A stretch of DNA of 21,635 bases, from contig JAZLBQ010000008.1 in NCBI GenBank assembly GCA_045613785.1, positions 1 through 21,635 of the forward strand. Reading direction: 5' to 3'. The DNA is from Candidatus Enterousia sp. (lineage in GTDB: Bacteria; Pseudomonadota; Alphaproteobacteria; Rs-D84). Position 1 is the first letter of the stretch; each line of letters begins with the position of its first letter. Of the stretch, positions 1-7,663 are shown piece after piece. Both the position numbers and the translations under genes were made by a program. The notes beneath the pieces were generated by a model, which saw only the letters and a list, made by a program, of their open reading frames with translations, was not told where the DNA came from and did not search any database.

Positions 1-2934
1 GGCACTATCCAAATGGAAAATGGCGAACTTTACTGCCATATCACTTGCCGTGACGGTTTTAAAGTAACAGCAACATCCGACAAAAAAACATACAATCTTG
101 ATTCAACCAACACAATCACACTGAAACACACATGCGAACCAGTCCAGACAGAACAAAACGACACAATCAATGTCCGACTAAAAATTCTGGACAAAAAAAC
201 AGACGAACCACTTATCGGGGCAAGCGTTATCGCTATCGACACGACAGGAAAAAAAATCTCCCGCACTAGTGGTGTGCTTGGCGGTGCAACCGATAGTAAC
301 GGGATTGTCCAAATTCCCAATGTTCCCAAAAACGCAATGCTTGAAATTTCATATACGGGCTATGCAACACAAAAAATCAGCCCATCAGCATCTGAAACGG
401 TAAAACTTACCTCCGACAGCACAGACATGGACGAACTCAAAGTAAGTGCTATTCCCCTTATAAACCAACCATGCGAAGAATCAACAATCTTAGACGCTAA
501 AGCAACATCTGGTATAATCAAACAAGACAGCAGGAAATCATTATATTGCGAAATCCAATGTCCTGACGAACGCACGAAAAAAAAATTAGATAAACCAATC
601 AAAGTAACCACACGCCTCTATAATAAAGAAGATGGCAACACCTATACCCTTTACGACCATTGCGTCTGCAAAGATGGGACGGTTGAAATAGATGGCAAAT
701 GCACATCTAAAACAAACTGTTCCACAGACAAAAACGCCATAGCCAGTGAATACGACAAAGAAAAAAAATGCATCATCAAAAAATGCAAGGACAAATATGA
801 ACCAAATGATGACGGCACTGCCTGTGTAAAAATCCCAACAAAATGCCCAGAAAACCAAACGGTTGATAACGCCACAAAAACATCATACGACCAAGAAAAA
901 AGACAATGCATTGCCTTGGAGTGCAAGTGCGGATTCAAGGTTGAAAATGGCAAATGCGTCGCCTGGAACAAAGACACAAAGACAAACAAATACACTGAAC
1001 CTTGCACCCAGGACACAAAACCATCACTGCCAAAAAATGCAAAGTCCGCAACCCTACAGTGCAACAACAAGAATAAAGCATTCTGTGAAATTACCGCTTG
1101 CAATGACAGCTATAAACACAATGAAAAAACGAACACTTGCGACAGTTTGAACAAGACACCGTGCACACCAAGTGATAAAAACGCAACTGCTGGCGAATAC
1201 AAAACAGTTGACGGCCAACTGGTTTGCATAATCACAGCCTGCACATCTAAATTTAACCCAAGCGAAGATGGCAAAAAGTGCGTTGGTAAAAACATTTTAT
1301 CCAAAGAAGATTCATTAGAAAAAATCGACAAATTACAAAAAAATGCTGACGAAATGCACAAAATCGAACAATCAACAGCAAACAAGGCACTAGGGGCAGC
1401 TGGCATGGGTGCTGTTGGAATTGGCGGCATGCAGTTATTATCAGCGGCTGCTGAACAATCCGCCGACCAAGACGCCGAAGAAGCCATGCGTGCATATCTG
1501 GCAACATTCCATTGCAACTATGGTGCAGGTAAAAACATTTCTGGTGGAACAAAAAATGTTGAATTACCTGGCGGCAATGAACTAATTGGTCTTTACAGCG
1601 AATACGTAAACCTGGCCAACGATCTAAAAATTCGCAAAAACGCACTGGGGCTACGTCCTGGAATTGAATCAGAACCAATCCTAGATTCTGCAACATCTGG
1701 CCTGTATGACGATGTATCCATTGGCAAGACAACCGGTGCATTCACATCACTGGCACGTGCCTTGTCTGATCCAAATGGCCCTGACGCAATTGCATGGGCA
1801 AAACAAAAGGCCGACACAGCCGACAAATTAAAAACCGGTGCAACTGTTGCTGGGATTGGCATTGTTGGATCAATTGTTGGCAATGCCATAATCAACAGAA
1901 ACAATCCTGACGAAGCCAGCCGCCAAATCAACGACGAATATGACCAAAAACGCAAAATATTCCAAGACCTGGAACAAGAAGTCGCACAACTTCCTGCACC
2001 AACAGCAAAATGCCCAAGTGATGCCAACGGCACACACCCAAACTGCACATGCAAAAGCAACAAATATATATACAATTCAAATGGAAACACATGTGACAAA
2101 TGTCCTGGCGATAAAATCAATATCGACGGCAAATGCGATTGCCAATCACCACTGGTTTCTAGCGAAAACGACACATGCATCATGCCACAACAATCACCAC
2201 AATGCACTGGCGACCACATGGCATTAGAAGAAAAAAGTAACAAATGTGTTTGCATAAACGGATACATAAAAACAGATGACGGCCAATCATGCGATTGCCC
2301 AACTAAAACACATCATGTAGAAGGTGACAATTGCGTAAAAAATCAAGAAACCACCACTGTCGTTGTCACTCCAGTCGCCACAGAGCCAATAACAATAAAT
2401 CTGCCAGCTGATTCCTTGTTTGAATTTGGTAAAGCAACACTAACCGACGCCGCTAAATCAGCCCTGGACAATTTTATCAAGAACATGAAAAATAACGGTT
2501 TCCAAAATTGCGAACTGCAAATTGACGGCTATACAGATTGCAGTGGCTCTGAAACATTCAACCAAAAATTATCGGAAAATCGTGCAAATTCTGTCAAAGA
2601 ATATTTGACCCAAGATAACACTTCGCCAATCTCTAGCAACAGCATTGCCACCGGCCACGGCGAAGGCGATTGCAGCTGTGGTGCCGGCGAAATCCCACAA
2701 GGCAAGGAAAAAGACCTAGACTACAAACAATGCGTTGGTAAATACAATAACTATACAAACAGTAACAATTTACGCTTTGCACCATGCCGCAAAGTAACCA
2801 TCACGGTTGACGCAAACAATTGCAAATCAACCAATACAAACGTCAACATAAGCATATTAAACCCGAACAATGCAATAAACCCATTAGAAATCCAGTCTTC
2901 TTCTACTACAGAAGAACAAAAAAAAAATAACTGA
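1..2934 (+). CDS. Large Cys-rich mosaic envelope protein (CarboxypepD_reg-like domain, Cys repeats, two Gly-rich hydrophobic helices, OmpA-like C-terminal domain); 5'-partial
   Basis: Frame is open from base 1 (GTIQ-MENG...), so the start probably lies outside the window. aa ~52-146 of the track ORF read LKILDKKTDEPLIGASV..GATDSNG..LEISYTGY..DMDELKV (CarboxypepD_reg-like). Near the C-terminus, LPADSLFEFGKATL..IDGYTD.SGS..FNQKLSENRANSVKEYL is OmpA_C-like. Confidence 0.85.
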   Translation, partial: GTIQMENGELYCHITCRDGFKVTATSDKKTYNLDSTNTITLKHTCEPVQTEQNDTINVRLKILDKKTDEPLIGASVIAIDTTGKKISRTSGVLGGATDSNGIVQIPNVPKNAMLEISYTGYATQKISPSASETVKLTSDSTDMDELKVSAIPLINQPCEESTILDAKATSGIIKQDSRKSLYCEIQCPDERTKKKLDKPIKVTTRLYNKEDGNTYTLYDHCVCKDGTVEIDGKCTSKTNCSTDKNAIASEYDKEKKCIIKKCKDKYEPNDDGTACVKIPTKCPENQTVDNATKTSYDQEKRQCIALECKCGFKVENGKCVAWNKDTKTNKYTEPCTQDTKPSLPKNAKSATLQCNNKNKAFCEITACNDSYKHNEKTNTCDSLNKTPCTPSDKNATAGEYKTVDGQLVCIITACTSKFNPSEDGKKCVGKNILSKEDSLEKIDKLQKNADEMHKIEQSTANKALGAAGMGAVGIGGMQLLSAAAEQSADQDAEEAMRAYLATFHCNYGAGKNISGGTKNVELPGGNELIGLYSEYVNLANDLKIRKNALGLRPGIESEPILDSATSGLYDDVSIGKTTGAFTSLARALSDPNGPDAIAWAKQKADTADKLKTGATVAGIGIVGSIVGNAIINRNNPDEASRQINDEYDQKRKIFQDLEQEVAQLPAPTAKCPSDANGTHPNCTCKSNKYIYNSNGNTCDKCPGDKINIDGKCDCQSPLVSSENDTCIMPQQSPQCTGDHMALEEKSNKCVCINGYIKTDDGQSCDCPTKTHHVEGDNCVKNQETTTVVVTPVATEPITINLPADSLFEFGKATLTDAAKSALDNFIKNMKNNGFQNCELQIDGYTDCSGSETFNQKLSENRANSVKEYLTQDNTSPISSNSIATGHGEGDCSCGAGEIPQGKEKDLDYKQCVGKYNNYTNSNNLRFAPCRKVTITVDANNCKSTNTNVNISILNPNNAINPLEIQSSSTTEEQKKNN
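2918..2927 (+). repeat. A10 homopolymer at the frameshift junction
   Basis: gaacAAAAAAAAAAtaactga. Removing one A joins frame 1 (ending 2934) to frame 2 (ending 3331). Confidence 0.9.
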
Positions 2935-3331
2935 AACAACAACCCCAGACACCACCACACCAACAAACGACGATGGTTCATCTGACGACACCAGTGCCAC
3001 CGACTATAACTGGGAAAGTTTATTGAACGAGATAGCAGTAAAACTAAATAAAACCCCAACCGATGCAGCAAAAAAACAGTGGGAAACATTCGCCAGCCAG
3101 TGCCAGAAATATAAAGGCCACCTTTATACAGAGTATAACCCTATCGGAAAATACACCATCAAATGCCATTTCCCAGACATGACAACAAGAACACAAAAAG
3201 AGTATCATGAACGCCTTAATCAAATGAATGCCACCTGGTCAACTTCATACAACGCTGCTGAGGGTAAAGATACAACAAAATATGCTGCAATGAAATACAT
3301 CAAAGAAGACACACTAGAATTTTACAAATAA
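2927..3331 (+). CDS. Out-of-frame C-terminal continuation of the OmpA-domain protein (includes track ORF 3023..3331)
   Basis: Frame 2 is open from 2888 to the TAA ending at 3331 and reads ITETTTPDTTTPTNDDGSSDDTSATDYNWESLLNEIAVKL... This continues the Ser/Thr linker of the upstream ORF. The TTG at 3023 has no convincing RBS. Confidence 0.7.
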   Translation: MTETTTPDTTTPTNDDGSSDDTSATDYNWESLLNEIAVKLNKTPTDAAKKQWETFASQCQKYKGHLYTEYNPIGKYTIKCHFPDMTTRTQKEYHERLNQMNATWSTSYNAAEGKDTTKYAAMKYIKEDTLEFYK

Positions 3332-3447
3332 AATTTTATTGTCACGCCCCTATAAATCAACAAAACACACCCTAGTCATTACTGCCGGGTTCAGGAACAG
3401 GAACAAAATCACAAATCCACCTATCTTGTTCTTGCACCACCCCCAAC

Positions 3448-3474
3448 AAAAAAATCCCCCAAACGGGGGATTTT
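3448..3474. terminator. Bidirectional intrinsic terminator, palindrome copy 1 (downstream of rplQ)
   Basis: AAAAAAATCCCCC-AAAC-GGGGGATTTT between convergent genes. Confidence 0.8.
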
Positions 3475-3491
3475 CAATCGAACAATATCAA

Positions 3492-3947
3492 TTATTCGGC
3501 GTCTTTTTCTGCTACAACTTCTTCGACAACTTCTTTGGTCGCTTTTTCGTTTGCAACTGGTGCAACTGCCTTCTTAGCATTTACATCACGGTCAACCAAT
3601 TCGATAATTGCCATTGGTGCCGCATCACCATAACGGAAACCAGCTTTCAAAACACGTGTATAACCACCAGGACGTTTTGCATAGCGTGGTCCCAAGACTT
3701 CGAACAACTTTTTAACTGTTGCTGCTGATGCATTACCCAATTCAGCCGCTGTCAAACGACGATTTGCAACTGAATCAACCTTTGCACGAGTAATCAGTTT
3801 TTCAACGACACTACGCAAATCTTTTGCCTTTGGCAAAGTTGTTTTAATCTGTTCTTTTTCAATCAAATTTTTCGCCAAACCGATAAACAATGCCTTGCGT
3901 GCATTTGTATCACGATTAAATGTGCGACCTGCTTTCATATGTCTCAT
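3492..3947 (-). CDS. rplQ: 50S ribosomal protein L17
   Basis: MRH..GR..NR...[41 protein letters not shown]; AAGGAG RBS. Confidence 0.98.
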   Translation of the reverse strand: MRHMKAGRTFNRDTNARKALFIGLAKNLIEKEQIKTTLPKAKDLRSVVEKLITRAKVDSVANRRLTAAELGNASAATVKKLFEVLGPRYAKRPGGYTRVLKAGFRYGDAAPMAIIELVDRDVNAKKAVAPVANEKATKEVVEEVVAEKDAE

Positions 3948-3960
3948 CGATTACTCCTTT

Positions 3961-4039
3961 GTGTTTCTGCCCTACCCCGCTGGGTGGGATTTCTTTTTTT
4001 GAGACACCCGCAACCTGACCCCATTGCCAGAACCACGGG
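3961..4039 (-). promoter_or_regulatory. Structured 5' leader of rplQ (candidate cis-regulatory RNA)
   Basis: mRNA-sense hairpin CCCGUGG-U-UCUGGC/GUCAGG-UUGCGGG (4039-4007). A second stem GUGUCUC/GAAACAC encloses CCCACCC-AGCG-GGGUAGGG and ends at the RBS. Confidence 0.45.
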
Positions 4040-4055
4040 AATTTAAATTCAACTT

Positions 4056-4083
4056 ATTTTATACTATTTTCCAGATGTTGCAA
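4056..4083 (-). promoter_or_regulatory. Putative sigma70 promoter for rplQ
   Basis: TTGCAA-N16-TAAAAT on the minus strand, about 110 nt upstream of the ATG. Confidence 0.55.
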
Positions 4084-4286
4084 GGAAATTCTTCATTTCC
4101 AGCCAAAACACCCGCTGCCCCCGACAAGAAACTGACTTATCTGCACTAATTTGCACAACACAAATCCGCCCTTGCCAGGCACAGGAATTAAATTATGTGA
4201 ATTTACTGAAAGTGTTTGACGGTTTAAAATGTAATTTTGCCTTACACAAAAACCGACAAACACAACAAGTATCCACAGAATCTAAC

Positions 4287-5315
4287 TTATTTGTATGGGT
4301 CTTCGTATTTCTTGGCCAATTCTGCAATATTTTCTGGTGGCCAACCTGGGACTTCCATACCCAGACCTAACCCCATTGCTTCCAATTGAACCTTGATTTC
4401 GTTCAAAGACTTGCGACCAAAGTTTGGTGTTTTCAACATATCTGCTTCGGTCTTTTGAACCAATTCGCCCAACCAATTGATTTTGTCGTTTTTCAAGCAA
4501 TTGTTTGCACGAACAGACAATTCCAGTTCATCAACATGCTTCAACAATTTTGGATCAAAAGGCAAAGCATCTTTTGCTTTTTCTTCTTCGCTTGGTGCAT
4601 TCAATTGTGCAGGATCTTCAAAGTTGATAAATACAACCAACTGATCTGTCAAAATACGAGCAGCAAAAGCAATTGCATCTTCTGGAGAAACAGAACCATT
4701 TGTTTTAACAGTCAATTCCAACTTATCAAAGTCTGTTGACTGACCAACACGTGTTGGCAAAACTTCTGTAGCAACGTTCAAAATTGGCGAGAAGATAGAA
4801 TCCACAGGAATTACACCCAATGGCAAATCCGCAGCATGTTGTGATGCAGGCACATAACCACGACCTGTTGCCAAAGTAATTTCCATATCCAGATTTGCTC
4901 CCTTGTCCAGAGTGCAGATTTCAACATCTTTGTTCATAACTTCTACATTACCAGATGTTTCAATCATACCAGCTGTAACAACGGCAGGTCCTTTGACTTT
5001 CAAATATGCTTTGTGCTGACCTTCTGTCAATGCCTTGAAATAAACACCTTTCAAGTTCAAGATAATATCAGTTACATCTTCACGCACACCTGAAATGCTT
5101 GAAAATTCGTGTTGAACACCATCAATTTTAATATTGATTGGCGCACATCCCTGCAACGAAGACAACAGAACACGACGCAATGCTGTTCCCAGTGTTAAAC
5201 CGAAACCTTTTTCCAATGGTTCTGCGACCAAAGTTGCGATATTAGGATTATGTTCATTGACCTTGATATCCAATTTTTTTGGCTTAATCAGAGTCATCCA
5301 ATTTTTTTCAATCAT
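4287..5315 (-). CDS. rpoA: DNA-directed RNA polymerase subunit alpha
   Basis: [62 protein letters not shown]; alphaproteobacterial C-terminus GWPPENI. Confidence 0.99.
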   Translation of the reverse strand: MIEKNWMTLIKPKKLDIKVNEHNPNIATLVAEPLEKGFGLTLGTALRRVLLSSLQGCAPINIKIDGVQHEFSSISGVREDVTDIILNLKGVYFKALTEGQHKAYLKVKGPAVVTAGMIETSGNVEVMNKDVEICTLDKGANLDMEITLATGRGYVPASQHAADLPLGVIPVDSIFSPILNVATEVLPTRVGQSTDFDKLELTVKTNGSVSPEDAIAFAARILTDQLVVFINFEDPAQLNAPSEEEKAKDALPFDPKLLKHVDELELSVRANNCLKNDKINWLGELVQKTEADMLKTPNFGRKSLNEIKVQLEAMGLGLGMEVPGWPPENIAELAKKYEDPYK

Positions 5316-5384
5316 AAAAAATTCCTTTTAGCTTAGTTTATCATTTTCGCCAAACGGCTGCACGCAAACACACGTGCGTTGAAC

Positions 5385-5413
5385 ATTTTATATAAAAAAT
5401 ATTGCAAAGTCAA
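5385..5413 (-). promoter_or_regulatory. Putative sigma70 promoter for rpoA
   Basis: TTGACT-N17-TAAAAT on the minus strand, just downstream of the terminator at 5438-5462. Confidence 0.7.
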
Positions 5414-5437
5414 TTTTTTAATCAAAAATTCAGCAAT

Positions 5438-5462
5438 AAAAATCCCCCAAATTTGGGGGATT
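5438..5462 (-). terminator. Intrinsic terminator, palindrome copy 2
   Basis: Perfect 22-bp palindrome AATCCCCCAAATTTGGGGGATT (5441-5462) plus a minus-strand U tract; 4 nt after the stop of the 690-aa gene. Confidence 0.8.
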
Positions 5463-5466
5463 AAAA

Positions 5467-7539
5467 TTATTCACATATCCCTTGTGATTTCACCACAGGA
5501 TAGTTTTCGATACACGCACTGCCTGATGGCACACACGCCGACCTTATCAGTGTAGTTGTTGCAGCCCCCGCTGGTTTATAATTAAACTGAGCCACCTTAC
5601 ACTGATTCAAATCTGTGTATGTTGCACAAGTATTTTTCCAAGTTTGACAATTATCAATTGTTGCAGTTGGTGCAATAACATCTGGCAAACGCAGATTCCA
5701 TTTTACATAGAAATCTTTCAAAGAACCTATCGAATAAGACTTCTTGAATCCGACCTGTGCCAATCCATCGCCCAAGCGACAATTGATATTATTACTTTCT
5801 ACAAATGCGGTAATTGCAGTTGCCAAGCCACCTGCACCTGCACCAACAGCAGCACCGACGACAATACTTTTACCCATATTTGATTTTTCGCCTTTTATCA
5901 ACAACTCGCTAACATCACGACCAAAGACTTTATCCAAACGTTCCAGTTCAGTCACAGTATCCTGAACAGCAACACACTTACCTGATGTCCAGCAATAAAT
6001 TTGACTATCTGGATTCATTTTGTCCAGGTTCAATGCTTTGAACACACATTCCCCTGTCAATTCAGATTCTTCAATCTGAATTTGCCCCAACCTATAAAGG
6101 TCTTTCAAGTGTTCAATACACTGCTGCGGATTAAAATTCTGCCCTTTACATCTTTCAAAGAAAGGCTTTTCCTTTGCAGCCTCTTCGAAACACAATTCAT
6201 ATCTATCATCAGGACAATTCAGATAAGCCTCAAAATATTCTACTTCTTCCAGAACAGCCCCCTTGCACTCTGCTGTTGCTGTTTCATACTGATAATATTT
6301 ATCAAACAACTCAACAATTTCATCACAAGATTCTGGTTGCATTACAGATTGTGTTAAATCAACATCATAGCTGATGTATTCATTGACAATACCAACTGTT
6401 CGATTTTCTTTTAACAATTCCGTCAGCATTTCACGATGATTTTTTCGATTACAATCAAATTCACGTTTACCATGCCCTGCGATTGCACCAACACCGGCAC
6501 CAACGACTGTTCCGCCACCAATACCAACGACTGCTGCAGTATGCGTATCATTCATCAATGAAAAACCGAACAAATCCTTGTTGCAACTGAAAGTATCACC
6601 AGCGGCACGCCAAACCTCAGCAGGCTGATCATCACCCAACGCCCCAAACAACCAGTTATTTGTGATATGCTTATCCTTGTTATATGCCGCAACACGGATA
6701 AAGCAGGTTGCACTTTCTGCATCCCAACGCGCATAGTGTCCACGCTGACCATCAACTCCAGGATTTCCATTATTTACCTGAACGCCCTGTGGATTAGTCT
6801 TGACCAAGACATTGCCCTGTTGATTATTATACGCACCAACTTTCTTGTTATATTCTGCGGTTGTTGTTCCATCATTTGCCACCGCATTAAAAGAAGAACC
6901 ATATGTATTTTTATCCAGCAACCAACAAGTATTTTCTGCCTGATTAGGCGTCAAACCTGTTTTACGCAAAACGAAATTATAGTATTCTGGCTGAACCTTA
7001 CGAGAATCAAAGTCAATCCACACATCTGCCGACGAGCGATACACATTTGCACAATCCCGACGCACATCAGAAACACACTTTTCGACCTGAACAGAACACA
7101 ATCCCATACCATTTACAATAGCATTACGCAGTTCTTCATTAAAAAGACTGTTCAAGCCATTTGGCAAAGCCCCATTATTCACACAACGCAAAACATCGTT
7201 CATACACATATCAACTGTGTATTCTGAATTTTTGACCCCACCATCTGGACATTCAGGCTTTGGCTCATCAGGAATATCTGGTTCATCAGGAACATCAGGA
7301 ATATCTGGAACATCTGGAACCACAACAGGATTTTCCACAGGAACATTTGTTGAAATATTTCCCACTGAATTCAACGGCAAAGTTGGCATAGTCGGCATAC
7401 GACCAGCCCCCACACCACCAGCAGCTGTCCGCACATTTTGATATGCATCACGACCAGTTGCAGCATCAGCAACACTAATCATTGCACAAACCGCCACTGA
7501 CACAGCAGACATTCCAAACAATTTCAACAATCCAGGCAT
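5467..7539 (-). CDS. Hypothetical secreted Cys-rich protein with Pro-Asp linker and two glycine-zipper segments (690 aa)
   Basis: Long ORF with GGGGGA RBS and signal-peptide-like N-terminus (..VAVCAMISVADA). Contains (PDx)6, GIGGGTVVGAGVGAIAG, VGAAVGAGAGGLATAITAF and many Cys. Confidence 0.85.
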   Translation of the reverse strand: MPGLLKLFGMSAVSVAVCAMISVADAATGRDAYQNVRTAAGGVGAGRMPTMPTLPLNSVGNISTNVPVENPVVVPDVPDIPDVPDEPDIPDEPKPECPDGGVKNSEYTVDMCMNDVLRCVNNGALPNGLNSLFNEELRNAIVNGMGLCSVQVEKCVSDVRRDCANVYRSSADVWIDFDSRKVQPEYYNFVLRKTGLTPNQAENTCWLLDKNTYGSSFNAVANDGTTTAEYNKKVGAYNNQQGNVLVKTNPQGVQVNNGNPGVDGQRGHYARWDAESATCFIRVAAYNKDKHITNNWLFGALGDDQPAEVWRAAGDTFSCNKDLFGFSLMNDTHTAAVVGIGGGTVVGAGVGAIAGHGKREFDCNRKNHREMLTELLKENRTVGIVNEYISYDVDLTQSVMQPESCDEIVELFDKYYQYETATAECKGAVLEEVEYFEAYLNCPDDRYELCFEEAAKEKPFFERCKGQNFNPQQCIEHLKDLYRLGQIQIEESELTGECVFKALNLDKMNPDSQIYCWTSGKCVAVQDTVTELERLDKVFGRDVSELLIKGEKSNMGKSIVVGAAVGAGAGGLATAITAFVESNNINCRLGDGLAQVGFKKSYSIGSLKDFYVKWNLRLPDVIAPTATIDNCQTWKNTCATYTDLNQCKVAQFNYKPAGAATTTLIRSACVPSGSACIENYPVVKSQGICE
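7264..7317 (-). repeat. Six degenerate 9-bp tandem units encoding PDV-PDI-PDV-PDE-PDI-PDE
   Basis: Plus-strand units ctcatcagg/aatatctgg/ttcatcagg/aacatcagg/aatatctgg/aacatctgg. Confidence 0.85.
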
Positions 7540-7629
7540 AAAATTCCCCCTAACTTTTATCTTTAATATTATGCCATAAAAAAGCCCCGAAAAAAAGCAC
7601 TTTTTAAAAAAACCGATTACAAAAACATA

Positions 7630-7657
7630 TTGACAAATATTACTTATTGTCTATAAT
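7630..7657 (+). promoter_or_regulatory. Consensus sigma70 promoter, probably producing a leaderless mRNA
   Basis: TTGACA-N16-TATAAT, then 6 nt, then the ATG at 7664; no Shine-Dalgarno. Confidence 0.75.
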
Positions 7658-7663
7658 CCAGAT

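Noticed and set aside
3339-3728. 129-aa plus-strand ORF
   Set aside because: It crosses a terminator and overlaps rplQ antisense, has a TTG start without an RBS, and the sequence is not protein-like.
4013-4033. ACCTGACCCCATTGCCAGAAC resembles the helix III/loop C region of 5S rRNA
   Set aside because: The rest of 5S (GATGGTA, GAGAGTAGG, terminal helix at the right spacing) is absent. The local hairpin pairs better on the opposite strand, and a 12-nt match can occur by chance in a window this size.
4269-4277. GTATCCACA, a near DnaA box
   Set aside because: Single 8/9 match with no cluster or other origin features.
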